Positions 36,943 through 46,864 of a stretch of DNA of 64,000 nt are shown here, piece after piece. The notes under the pieces were generated by a model. That model was not told the DNA's origin. It did no database searches and saw only the letters and a program-made list of their open reading frames with translations. The stretch lies in IMG/VR virus record IMGVR_UViG_3300032770_000003, positions 32,001 through 96,000 of that record; one strand, 5' to 3'. The translations under genes were made by a program, and so were the position numbers. Numbering within the stretch: the stretch's first letter is position 1; every line of letters begins with the position of its first letter. Origin of the DNA: a virus.

Positions 36943-39900
36943 TTAGGTCACTCGAATGTTGAGTCCGATCGAACCGAAGACACCTGGAACGCTCGGCGGC
37001 ATGGAACTTGTGTCGACGTTGTCGTAGGCCCGACACAGCTCCACAGCTTCGATGCCAGCGGTTTTGATCGGGTATCCCGTTCCGCCACCAGCGGTCTTCA
37101 GCACGAACATGTTGCCTACGGCGTACGCGAACATCGAGGTTGCACCGAACCAACAGCAGCTTGAGTTCGCAGCACCACCAGTATTCCCTGCCTGCAGGGT
37201 ATTGCCAGTGACAGCGACATAGGTGCTGAGTGTATCCTGGAGATCGAGTGACGCTGAACTGGCGTCGTTGGTGTAGATGTTGGCGATGTTGCCGTTGATT
37301 GCGATATTGTACGAAGTAGCGACTTTGATCCCTGTCGAGGTCCCCGTTGTCGGTGTGATGTCTACGACGTTGCTGCCAATCGTCACGTGCTGGCACGAGA
37401 TGATCGAGATACCGGTCGAGTTGATTCCTGAGGTCAGCACGTTTCCGGTGATCGCTACTCTCTGCACAGGCTCACTGGTTGACGGGCCACTCACTTTGAT
37501 TCCGGTGGTAGCGAATCCTGTCACGACGTTATTGCCGATGACGAGACGACCACCTAACCCTGCTACGCTTCGTGCGTACTGGCACGTAATGCCGTTTGTG
37601 GTACCTGCGAGCGCAACCACGCTGTTACCGACGATCGTCAGGTTGTAGATCTGAGGAGCATCAGTCGTCGTGTCTGTGTCGCTGACAAAGATGCCTGTAC
37701 TGTCTGTCTGCAATTCGATCGTGTTGTTTGCGACAGTCACGATTCCGGGGAGATCGAGGAGACGGATACCAGCGTTCCCCAGTGAGTGTGGATAGATGAA
37801 CCGCAATGTGTTTCCCGTTATGCTGTATCCGTTGTGTTGAGCACCCGGATTTGCCACCGTCTTGAGGATATCGATACCGGCGCCCGATCCAGCGATTGCT
37901 GCGTTGCCGATACCGTCGAGGGTGTTGCCTTGAACAACGACCCCATCACTCTCCGACACGCGGATGCCCGCCCACGTGCTCGCTGAGCCTGATGCGCCAA
38001 CGGAGATGATATGGTTGTTCACGATTCGTGAGTTCGTCAGGTTGGTCACAACGACACCGTATTCTGTCGTCGGTGCCAGAACACTCTGAATGTCGTTCTG
38101 GGCAATCAGAACTCCATACGCACTACCTGGTGTTGTGTCTTGGAGGCTGATCGCAGCCGCGTTCACACGCGAACCACCAGATCCGCTGCCAACGTTGTTG
38201 AACGAGTTACCACGGATCAGCAGGCTGTTGATGCTGACGGTGCCGCCTTCGTTCACTGCCCAGATGGGATAGATGTTGGCTGTGTTTCCGTTGAAGTCGT
38301 TGAAGACGTTTGCTTCGACGGTCACAGAGGTAAGGCTGCACGTGCCACCGAACAGAATACCACCACGTCCGAAGCCGCTGCCACCGGTGGTGTTCAGGAA
38401 GTGGTTGCCACGCACGTTCACATGCACCATCGTGCCGGTCAGATGGATGACGTCGTCGACATCCCAGAAATCGTTGTTGTCGATGTGGAGACGCAGAGGA
38501 GCGATAGCGCTTATCGCTACCGAATCCTGCCCGCCTGCATAGGACCCGACCTGGACGAACATGTTGCCGGTGATCAAGACATCGGTTGAGCCGGTTCCTA
38601 GATCGATCCCGGTATGGTTGTTCGCGTTCCACTGAAGAAAGCAGGTATCGACGGTCACCGTCGCGCAGTTGAGCAAGCTCAAGCAGTTGCCACTGCCCAA
38701 GAACTGACAAGCACGGAACACCTCCAGCCCAGCACCACTGTCACGCAGAGTCCCCTTGTCTGTACCAGATGAGCCGAAACTGCAGTTGTCGTAAATCACC
38801 CCATTCGTACTACCAACGTCGACAAGCCAATCCACCGCCGTCGCGTTTTGCAGGCCAAAGACACAGTTCTGAAACACGGTCTGACCGATGCTTGGCGAGC
38901 TGATGCAGCGGCTTGTGTGGTCGGCTGCCTCCACCTTGAATGAGCAGTTGGTGAAGGTGGTCATGGTCAAGTCAGCCGTGACGAGATTCGGAGTACCGTA
39001 GAAATTGCACGCGGTGATCACCCCACCATCCAGAGTCCCAGCCAACCCCGCGAGGTCGCAGTTCTGTGCCACCAACTTGCCGCCGCTGCTGAATGCCAAC
39101 GCTTGATTGACAGAACCAGTTGTCTTCAGGACAGAGATGGCCTGCAACCGCAGAGTGCCACTGCCGATGGTGACGAACGGCGCCGCTCCGGTCAGCTGAA
39201 TCTTGGTTTGGCTTGGCCCGTCTCCTATGATCGTGCAGTCACCTGCAAGGGTCAGCTGCTGACTGATGTTGTAGGTACCGGCCTTGATGTAGATGGTTCC
39301 CGACTGGCCCGGCAAGAGCTGCATATAGTCGAGAGCCGCCACCATGACGTCGAACAGGTCAGTTCCACCTGCGGCCACGATCTGAGCGAGGTTGAAGTCA
39401 CCCCAGGTCGTGACACCATCCCCGATGCTGACGGTGTTGGTGCGCGCCCCCAGCAGGCCGCCTGCCGAGTCGTAGTAGTTGTTGCGGGTGTCCAGGTTCT
39501 GATACGGCGGTCCGTTGTTCCCCAGCGTGTCCGCGCTCCAGTTCCCGAACTTCATCTCCTGAAGCTGCGCCGCCAAGAAGTCGACGTGCTGCTTTAGCTT
39601 GACGATCTGCTCGTCACTGCGTGCGCGATCCGCATCCGTGGCGGGCCCGTTCGTCGGGTCAAGGTTGACGAGGTGCCCGCGATCGACGCTCGCTTGGAAG
39701 AAGCGAGGTCGCGCATCAGACGTCGCCGTTCCGGCTGTCAGCGGTCCCTCCGGTACGAACTGCGTCGGGGTAGCCCCTGCGACGATGACCCGAGAGCCAG
39801 CGGGATGCGTGTGGACGGGTGTCGAACCCAGCGTCAGGATGTTGTTGGTTCGGTCGTTCCCGTTGATCGTGATGTCTTCCTGCGTACCCAGGCCAGGGTC

Positions 39901-40578
39901 GAAGCGCAGGGTGAAGCTGTCGAGCATCTCACGCGTGTTGAACAGAGCCGCTGTGGTGGACGACGGGCTGACCACCTTCTGCAAGACTCCTGTCAGTGCA
40001 GCGGCTGTGACAGCTACGATCGTACCGCCCCCACCGCCTGCGACGTGAATACGAGCTACTGGAATCTTGGTGGAGTTGGGATTCGTGTCGATCTCGAAGC
40101 CAGTGGTAGAGACTGGCGTGATGATCTGCCAGTCCGGTGTCAGCCGCGTAGCAACGTTCTCGGTGAACTCACGGCCCTTCGGTCGGGGATCGCCTGATGG
40201 ATCGGTGCCGTTGTCGAAGGTCGGATCCCAGAAAGCACGTGCATCAGTGTCCGAAGCTGTCTCCACATACTGAACCTCCAGATAGAAGGTTCCGGTGGTG
40301 GGTAAGGTGATGGATCGCTGAGCGTCAAGGTCATCCTCGTTGCTCACCACCTGTCCGTCGCGATCGAAGGCAACCGCGTTGTGTACCGTCAGGACACGAG
40401 GGAACGACCCCTGATCAGCGATCGCTACCCGGAAGCCGTTGAGCACAGCGGGGTAGTTGTCGAGAATGAATTGCTGGAGTAGCTGTTCCTGATCTCCCTG
40501 CGACAGACCTTGCGTCTGTTGTGTGAAATCTGGAATGTCGATTCGCTCGTTCGGGAGAATGTTTACTGGTTTCGGCAT
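36943..40578 (-). CDS. tailspike / receptor-binding protein with right-handed beta-helix (pectin-lyase-like)
   Basis: N-terminal baseplate anchor, then GTIYIKAGTY.I...IIGDG cap followed by many I..N.F/I.GN beta-helix rungs. Confidence 0.85.
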   Translation of the reverse strand: MPKPVNILPNERIDIPDFTQQTQGLSQGDQEQLLQQFILDNYPAVLNGFRVAIADQGSFPRVLTVHNAVAFDRDGQVVSNEDDLDAQRSITLPTTGTFYLEVQYVETASDTDARAFWDPTFDNGTDPSGDPRPKGREFTENVATRLTPDWQIITPVSTTGFEIDTNPNSTKIPVARIHVAGGGGGTIVAVTAAALTGVLQKVVSPSSTTAALFNTREMLDSFTLRFDPGLGTQEDITINGNDRTNNILTLGSTPVHTHPAGSRVIVAGATPTQFVPEGPLTAGTATSDARPRFFQASVDRGHLVNLDPTNGPATDADRARSDEQIVKLKQHVDFLAAQLQEMKFGNWSADTLGNNGPPYQNLDTRNNYYDSAGGLLGARTNTVSIGDGVTTWGDFNLAQIVAAGGTDLFDVMVAALDYMQLLPGQSGTIYIKAGTYNISQQLTLAGDCTIIGDGPSQTKIQLTGAAPFVTIGSGTLRLQAISVLKTTGSVNQALAFSSGGKLVAQNCDLAGLAGTLDGGVITACNFYGTPNLVTADLTMTTFTNCSFKVEAADHTSRCISSPSIGQTVFQNCVFGLQNATAVDWLVDVGSTNGVIYDNCSFGSSGTDKGTLRDSGAGLEVFRACQFLGSGNCLSLLNCATVTVDTCFLQWNANNHTGIDLGTGSTDVLITGNMFVQVGSYAGGQDSVAISAIAPLRLHIDNNDFWDVDDVIHLTGTMVHVNVRGNHFLNTTGGSGFGRGGILFGGTCSLTSVTVEANVFNDFNGNTANIYPIWAVNEGGTVSINSLLIRGNSFNNVGSGSGGSRVNAAAISLQDTTPGSAYGVLIAQNDIQSVLAPTTEYGVVVTNLTNSRIVNNHIISVGASGSASTWAGIRVSESDGVVVQGNTLDGIGNAAIAGSGAGIDILKTVANPGAQHNGYSITGNTLRFIYPHSLGNAGIRLLDLPGIVTVANNTIELQTDSTGIFVSDTDTTTDAPQIYNLTIVGNSVVALAGTTNGITCQYARSVAGLGGRLVIGNNVVTGFATTGIKVSGPSTSEPVQRVAITGNVLTSGINSTGISIISCQHVTIGSNVVDITPTTGTSTGIKVATSYNIAINGNIANIYTNDASSASLDLQDTLSTYVAVTGNTLQAGNTGGAANSSCCWFGATSMFAYAVGNMFVLKTAGGGTGYPIKTAGIEAVELCRAYDNVDTSSMPPSVPGVFGSIGLNIRVT

Positions 40579-40588
40579 GACTTTCCTC

Positions 40589-41347
40589 TCAGTACAGCAT
40601 CCAAAAGAAATTCGCGACCGAGAACGCGTCGGTGCATGTGTAGAGCAGCTTCAGTCGCGTGAGCCCGGTCAAGGACACGAATCCCGCTTCGACCACAAAC
40701 GGTGTCTGCGGAGATGTGATCGGCGCCAAGGTTGTCACGAGTGTTCCATCCGCTCCGGTCACGGTGCCACCTGTGCGCACCTGAATCGTGACTGATCCTG
40801 GACCTGTGATGACGCCGCCGATGCGCAAGCGTCGAGGCGTACCGATCACGGCTTCGTCTACAATGATTCCAGCTATGTAGGTTGGTGTAAGAGTCGTGGA
40901 CAACGCACTCGGCAGTGTTCCATTGAAACTCAGGAGGAGAGCTGGCTTCCCTGGTCTTACGGTTCCTCCCACTGGATAAATGAACAGACTGGGTCGCTGC
41001 GCGAACGCCGTCTGACCGGTGAGCTTTACGAGCTGTATACCGGTCCAGATGTTGGTGATGGTCTGACTGACGGCGAAAAACTGGAACCCACCACTCGTAC
41101 TGTACGTCTGATCTAGGGTGACGGTGCCATCTACCGTGTTGTAGGTACCACCGATCCTCAATCTGATTCTTCCCGACTGCGCACCATTGCCACAGTTGCC
41201 AGCGAATAGCACAACGAACTGTGCGGGCAACTTGTCGAAGTCAACCCAGTAGCCTTCGTAGGCGTTTCCTAGGTCTTCCGGACCAGCGGTTGCGTTCCAT
41301 TGGTTGTTCGATAGGCGAAACAGTTCAAACGCCATCGTATCCATCAC
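40589..41347 (-). CDS. hypothetical tail/baseplate protein with internal duplication
   Basis: Two copies of (L/V)R(I/T)GGT....DGT.V...TG...(V/L)KL. Confidence 0.65.
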   Translation of the reverse strand: MMDTMAFELFRLSNNQWNATAGPEDLGNAYEGYWVDFDKLPAQFVVLFAGNCGNGAQSGRIRLRIGGTYNTVDGTVTLDQTYSTSGGFQFFAVSQTITNIWTGIQLVKLTGQTAFAQRPSLFIYPVGGTVRPGKPALLLSFNGTLPSALSTTLTPTYIAGIIVDEAVIGTPRRLRIGGVITGPGSVTIQVRTGGTVTGADGTLVTTLAPITSPQTPFVVEAGFVSLTGLTRLKLLYTCTDAFSVANFFWMLY

Positions 41348-44271
41348 TGCACCTCGATCAGCAACACTGCCTCAGTCACTGAGGTAGCTGAGCTGTTGTC
41401 TTGGAAGGTCAAAAGCAGTCCAAGAACCCCGGACGGAGGTGTCAGGGTCACACTCAGTGAGAACAGTCCCGTCGTTGTCAAATTGAAGGTCGCTCCTACG
41501 GGACTGGATGAAAGCGGCAAACTCAAATCAGTCACGTAACGTAACCGCCATACGGTTCCGGCTCCAGCCGTTGCCACGTTGCCGGTCAGGCGAGCTGTGA
41601 AGGTCGTAGCTCCAGCAGCCAAGATCGTATCGAAATCAAAAGCACGGCTCATCCCGATTTCGGTTTCAGTCGTATTACCTCCGAATGAGGCACCAGCCGC
41701 CCACGAACCAAGCAAGTACACCGGAGCTGGTGGAGGAGGTGCGGCTGCGCCAGGCTCAATCTGGAGGCACGAATCCAGGACAGTCACCTGCACGCCTGCC
41801 GCACGAATCAGATCGATCAGCCCCATGAAGCACTGGATCGGTGAGGACGGCATACGGAACGGATAGTCCGTCCCCGTGGAGCCCGGGAGGCTGCTGCCAG
41901 GACTCCAGATGACAGACTCGCCCACGGTGTAGGCGGTATCGAGGATCGTCGGCTCCTCCAGCGTGAACGTCGTGCTGTCGTGTGTGGTATACGAGAGGAC
42001 CGTGGGGGCTCCTGCACGCAGAGCAACGTAGTCACCTGCGGCGAAGGTTCCCACCAGCGGTGCGCTCAACGTCAACTGATTGAGTGTGGTGTTGTTCGCG
42101 CTGACGTGGGCCCACTCTTGAGTGATCAACCCTTCGCCTACCAACACCGGATAGGCAAAATTACCAGTGGGGAAAACGGAGCTGTCATCGAACTGCAGTA
42201 CTGTGGAGGAAACCACGACTGTGATCTTCTTGCGAACGCTGAGGCGGTTGGTACCGAAGTTCAGCCACAGCGATCCCGCACTCGGAAACCCTGTAGTACT
42301 TGCGGTCAGCAGTGACGAAGTCAGCTTCTCGACTGGGTGCCCAAACCGCGACGGGTTGATGGAGTCGCCCGTGTGTGGTTGGGTCAACGGATCGAAGGTC
42401 AATACATCATTCAACAGTTGAACCGTTTCGCCGCTACTGTGGTTCTTGGTCAGGGGTGTCGTTGAGACGAGCGTCAGTGTGCCGGGTGCAGCGTCCGTGT
42501 TGTCCTTGACGAGGACAACCTCTTGATGGGAACCACCTTGATCAATAATGACTTGATAGCCAGCATCGTGGATGCTGTCTGACGAGTCCGGGAACGCAGT
42601 GGAGTCGACCAAGGTGATCGAGAAATCACCGATGCTGGCGCCTGTGTTCAGCGTCGACTGTCCGTTGATACGGAGGTTGACCGCCAAGAGGGTCATGTCC
42701 TCCTGGAATCCAGTGTCACGTCCGATGCGGACAGGGTAGCTCGGTGTTGGCCACTGATAGGCGTCGTCGACTTCCAGGCAGGTTCGCCCAACCGTCTGGG
42801 AGACGACCACGCGTGTGGGAGGAGGAATCGCTACGATCGCTCCCCCCGAACGCGCCAGCGTCGTGCGAACCAAAGACGGCGCATTCTGGAGGACGTCATA
42901 GAGGTAGGGCCCTGACCACTCTGGTGCCGTGTTGATCGTTCCACCAGAGGTGCGTAGGTTGCCCTCTTCGAGATCGGTCCCACTGTATGGCTGCGGGTCC
43001 AATACGACCGTGGCGCCGATCGGGAAACTCGAACCAATGGCTTCCGCCAACGTGACGATCGATGTACTGGAGTCGTAGGTCAGATACTGGATGGTTGTCG
43101 TGCCCCCTACGATGATGGTACCCGTCGGGAACGGAAGACCACTGACGTCGTCGACTGTGATCGTCGTATCCGTGGGTGACGTAGGAACGATCACTGCCGT
43201 CGAGAAAGCGGGGGCTGAAGCTGCGTGGATATAGGACGCGTCTACCAGGCGACGAATGAGCGTCTGGGGCGGCAGACAGATCTTGACGCTGTGGGGTTGA
43301 CTCTCAAGAACCTCCCAAGGCACACCCTTCTGAAGTACAGACACCGTCTGCACCACAGAGCCCGGAGTTACCAGCTCGACGTACTCTGCAGGCGACGACG
43401 CGTGTGTGTGCTTCAGCGGCGTCTTCAGACTGAGCACACCTGTCGATGGATCGTTGGCGATGAACTGAATCACCTCTTCGTTGACAGCACCCGCGTTGAT
43501 CCGAACGAATCCGGTGGCGGGGAAGACACGAGTCTGGCTGGCGCCAAAAAGCAGAAAGACGCCGCCGACCACCGTAGCGAGTGTGATCGGTCGGACGACG
43601 AAGCCAAGTGGCCTAGCTCCGACATGATCTTGAGTGGTGGCCGCGAAAAGCGTCAGTGTGTTGGTGCCGGTGTTGTTTGCTGTCACCCGCACGACTTCCT
43701 CAGTGGGCAGACCCTGATCGATGAGAGCTGCGTACGGGAAGCCGCTCGTCGGAAAGAGCGCCGTGGATCGTAGAACCAGCGAGGTGGCCCCGGCAGCAGT
43801 ATCCGCCGCGAGATAGTTTAGGGCAGTGGCAACAGGGCTGTGAGCAATCGTCAGTGAGTCACTGAGAAACACCTTGTTGCTGGCGAGGTCACGGAAGCAG
43901 AAGTCGACCGTCTCTTCCGTGGGTAGACCCGGATCGAACACGAGCGTACCCACCTGGACCAACGGGCTGGCATCGGTGAGGACCACGACGTCGTCACCGA
44001 TGGCCGAAGCTCCCGCCAGGTAGGCCACGCGGGTCTTTTGCGGTCCCACACAGATCTCAAGGAGCCGGTAGAAGATGTTCCGGACTTCTTTGAAGGACAG
44101 CCCTACCTGCTTTGCCAGCGCCCGCCACTCATCGTCCTCGATGCCCTCGAACGGCCGATCAAGACCGAGGTTGGAGGTGACGACGTTGAGGTGCACGCCG
44201 TCTGCGGTATCCAAGAACAGCTGATCGCGCGTCTCTTGGATCGCGCTCTGGGTCTTGTCGCGACAAGCCAT
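41344..44271 (-). CDS. baseplate wedge-like protein with tandem ~70-aa modules
   Basis: LDTADG..L......GL.R......DDEWR N-terminus and IRAAGV near the end, typical of wedge proteins following baseplate J. Confidence 0.75.
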   Translation of the reverse strand: MACRDKTQSAIQETRDQLFLDTADGVHLNVVTSNLGLDRPFEGIEDDEWRALAKQVGLSFKEVRNIFYRLLEICVGPQKTRVAYLAGASAIGDDVVVLTDASPLVQVGTLVFDPGLPTEETVDFCFRDLASNKVFLSDSLTIAHSPVATALNYLAADTAAGATSLVLRSTALFPTSGFPYAALIDQGLPTEEVVRVTANNTGTNTLTLFAATTQDHVGARPLGFVVRPITLATVVGGVFLLFGASQTRVFPATGFVRINAGAVNEEVIQFIANDPSTGVLSLKTPLKHTHASSPAEYVELVTPGSVVQTVSVLQKGVPWEVLESQPHSVKICLPPQTLIRRLVDASYIHAASAPAFSTAVIVPTSPTDTTITVDDVSGLPFPTGTIIVGGTTTIQYLTYDSSTSIVTLAEAIGSSFPIGATVVLDPQPYSGTDLEEGNLRTSGGTINTAPEWSGPYLYDVLQNAPSLVRTTLARSGGAIVAIPPPTRVVVSQTVGRTCLEVDDAYQWPTPSYPVRIGRDTGFQEDMTLLAVNLRINGQSTLNTGASIGDFSITLVDSTAFPDSSDSIHDAGYQVIIDQGGSHQEVVLVKDNTDAAPGTLTLVSTTPLTKNHSSGETVQLLNDVLTFDPLTQPHTGDSINPSRFGHPVEKLTSSLLTASTTGFPSAGSLWLNFGTNRLSVRKKITVVVSSTVLQFDDSSVFPTGNFAYPVLVGEGLITQEWAHVSANNTTLNQLTLSAPLVGTFAAGDYVALRAGAPTVLSYTTHDSTTFTLEEPTILDTAYTVGESVIWSPGSSLPGSTGTDYPFRMPSSPIQCFMGLIDLIRAAGVQVTVLDSCLQIEPGAAAPPPPAPVYLLGSWAAGASFGGNTTETEIGMSRAFDFDTILAAGATTFTARLTGNVATAGAGTVWRLRYVTDLSLPLSSSPVGATFNLTTTGLFSLSVTLTPPSGVLGLLLTFQDNSSATSVTEAVLLIEVQ

Positions 44272-44274
44272 GAG

Positions 44275-46107
44275 CTAGTTCACCGTCACCAAGCTGGCCC
44301 CGGAGATGTCATTCGGACGGGGCAGCTCGTTCTCCAGGACGATCACGTTGGACGTCGGGATGGTCACAATGGTGTCGGCGACACCGGTTACGGACATGGC
44401 ACGCCGGATGATCTCCGCTCGGATGACATCGCCACCGATCCCCAGCCCATTGATGTAGGCTTCGATCGCTTCTTGGACCGTGGGCGCTAGGTCCACCTCC
44501 TGGAATCCTGGCTTGGCCGTGATGGAGAGTCTGACGGTTATGCGTCTGATGACCGGAACGTCGACAATGACTCTGACGCCTGCCGGTCGTAGCCCAGGGA
44601 AGTCCGTCGGGTCAGACGGATCGCCATTGATGACTTTCTGAGCATCGAACATCAGCGCTGTGTAGTAGGAGTAGTTCGCGAACACGGCAGAGCCCGCGGC
44701 CACTCCGAAGCTGATGAACTCGATCTCTCCCGTTCCCCGATTCAGGAAGTAGTCGATGTTCTCCTGCTTCAGCACCGGTGCCAGGCTGGGCGGCTGTACC
44801 CACAGACGAAACGATGAGCGAATGATGGGGTAGTTGCTCAATGTGAAGAAGCGCTCCCCGCTCTCAGCGTCGAGAGTCATGGCGTCCACCACAGCGACTT
44901 CCACACCCGCCAGATGGCTGTTCACGGTGGGGCTTGAAAGGGTCACCGTGTTCGTTGTGAAGTTCACCGCGCTGAAGGGAAGCACCTCCATGTTGGCCGT
45001 GTTCTCCGGCTCGATGATCAGAATGCCCTGGGTGACGAACTGAGACACGTCTGTGAGAGACAGACTGCTGGTGGGAGTTGTTACCGGCGACGCCAACGTG
45101 GTCCGAGCAAGGTCGACTTGGTCGGGTGTGAAGCCGGTTCCGTCGTCGATATAGACGATCACCTCATCAGCTACGAAGTCCTCCAGGATGTTGGCAGTGG
45201 TGACCCGCTGGCCAGTGACCGTATCCTCAACACCAAGAACGCCCTGCTGCAGGCTCAGAACAGTTCCTCGCGACAGGGACTGAATCTGGGCACGCGCACG
45301 GTCGCGAAGCTCGTCATCGCTTTCGAGGTCGCGGCCACCAGCGAAGTTGGTGATGTTGGTGACCAGCGCACCATTGAAGGGCAGGCTACTGACGAACTGA
45401 GTGATCTTGCTCGTTCCGATGTTTCCATCAGAGCCCGGAATCTCTGCCAGAGCACGGATGGGTGTCGACTGAAAGTTGCCCGCGACGATGGTGCCGGTTT
45501 CAGTGGTGTCGAAGATGATGGAGGCGGTCGTCGACGTCGCGGGTACTTGCACCCGGATGCCCGGCTGAAGCGTGATGTCACTACCGGAGACCAACGAAAC
45601 ACGCTCAGCGATGCCGTGGGCGTTCACCAGCGGACTGGAAAACGTAAGCTGACCTGTGCCGGTGTTGTTGGCACTGACGTCGATGTCCTCAACTGCCGTG
45701 GTACCCTCACCGATCCGAACGACGTAGGGGAAACCGCTCGTGGGGAAGGCGCTGGAGTTCTCGATGAACGCTGAGGTCGCGCTGCTTGGTACGCTGAAGA
45801 CCAGATCGGACGTGACGAGATTGCCATTTTCGATCAGCACCGTTCCGGATGCGGCCTGAGGCTGGAGGCGGATGATGTTGTACTCCGCAACGCGGTCATC
45901 AAGATCCTGCCCCGCAGCCGATGTCAGGCGGAAGGCATCCAGCAACATGACCATCTGGAAGTACTGCTCGTCATCCTCCAGAGCAGCTGCTTCGATGATG
46001 GTCCGGATGACTGAGCCGACTTCGAAGTCGGTCAGCTCAGTCTGCATCCGGACATACGCGATCATGTCGTCTCTCACTTCTTCGAACGTTCGCGGTGTAA
46101 ACGCCAT
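44275..46107 (-). CDS. baseplate J/gp47-family wedge protein
   Basis: TDFEVGSVIRTI.EA, AAGQDLD, GG.D.ESD.ELR.R, RPAGV, YIN.LGIG.DVI; ATG overlaps upstream stop (TAATG). Confidence 0.9.
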   Translation of the reverse strand: MAFTPRTFEEVRDDMIAYVRMQTELTDFEVGSVIRTIIEAAALEDDEQYFQMVMLLDAFRLTSAAGQDLDDRVAEYNIIRLQPQAASGTVLIENGNLVTSDLVFSVPSSATSAFIENSSAFPTSGFPYVVRIGEGTTAVEDIDVSANNTGTGQLTFSSPLVNAHGIAERVSLVSGSDITLQPGIRVQVPATSTTASIIFDTTETGTIVAGNFQSTPIRALAEIPGSDGNIGTSKITQFVSSLPFNGALVTNITNFAGGRDLESDDELRDRARAQIQSLSRGTVLSLQQGVLGVEDTVTGQRVTTANILEDFVADEVIVYIDDGTGFTPDQVDLARTTLASPVTTPTSSLSLTDVSQFVTQGILIIEPENTANMEVLPFSAVNFTTNTVTLSSPTVNSHLAGVEVAVVDAMTLDAESGERFFTLSNYPIIRSSFRLWVQPPSLAPVLKQENIDYFLNRGTGEIEFISFGVAAGSAVFANYSYYTALMFDAQKVINGDPSDPTDFPGLRPAGVRVIVDVPVIRRITVRLSITAKPGFQEVDLAPTVQEAIEAYINGLGIGGDVIRAEIIRRAMSVTGVADTIVTIPTSNVIVLENELPRPNDISGASLVTVN

Positions 46108-46859
46108 TACACAATCTCCTTGAACCATGTTTGTGCGATGGCAGCTTTTCGTTCGAGCGCAACAGAAGCTTTCGCATATAGGAGTCTTGCTACGTGAACA
46201 GCTTCAGTGCTTCGGCTGATCGTTATACGATGACAGTTCACCCTCTTGTACTTAGTAACACTCACATCAGTGTGAATAAAAACCTTGAACTGCTCACACA
46301 GTCGGCGTGACCCACACAGCGTAATATTCGGATATAGGTAACCGCGGATCTTGTCTTTCTTCGTAGTCAAACAACCGTCACCGTCGATGACTCCACGCCA
46401 AAAATGACGATTCTCTTGAAGAATGGGAGACGCCGCTTCCTGACCACTCTTACGAGGAACCACACCATAGCTGGCAAGCTTTGCTGCCATCCAGTCAGAC
46501 GGAAACTTGAGTTGCCAGCTTCGTCCATGCTTGGTAAGGGGGTACGTACCCTTCACGAACACCCGGAATTTACCGACGTGCTCCCGGTCTGCACTGGTCA
46601 CGCTGACAACCACCTGTCCACGGTAGCTATCCAACAAGCAGCCATCAGCTAACAAGAACCCAGCCCAGTAGGCAGATACGTCGGTCACGCAGTCAAAGAC
46701 ATGTTCATCGACGAAATGGTGTCGACGATTACCCTGGGGCCGGGGTTCACTGATTCCTTTCCGGATCCAGTATTGACTGAGCTGATACTTCGCCGCCAGG
46801 CTACGTATGGTAGCCCCGGCTTGATACTCTGAGTCGTAGGTTCTGGGGGTAAAGCTCAT
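46107..46859 (-). CDS. free-standing LAGLIDADG homing endonuclease
   Basis: AYWAGFLLADGC and HFWRGVIDGDGC motifs, GVVPRKS, LERK; AT-richer than neighbours. Confidence 0.92.
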   Translation of the reverse strand: MSFTPRTYDSEYQAGATIRSLAAKYQLSQYWIRKGISEPRPQGNRRHHFVDEHVFDCVTDVSAYWAGFLLADGCLLDSYRGQVVVSVTSADREHVGKFRVFVKGTYPLTKHGRSWQLKFPSDWMAAKLASYGVVPRKSGQEAASPILQENRHFWRGVIDGDGCLTTKKDKIRGYLYPNITLCGSRRLCEQFKVFIHTDVSVTKYKRVNCHRITISRSTEAVHVARLLYAKASVALERKAAIAQTWFKEIV

Positions 46860-46864
46860 GATGA

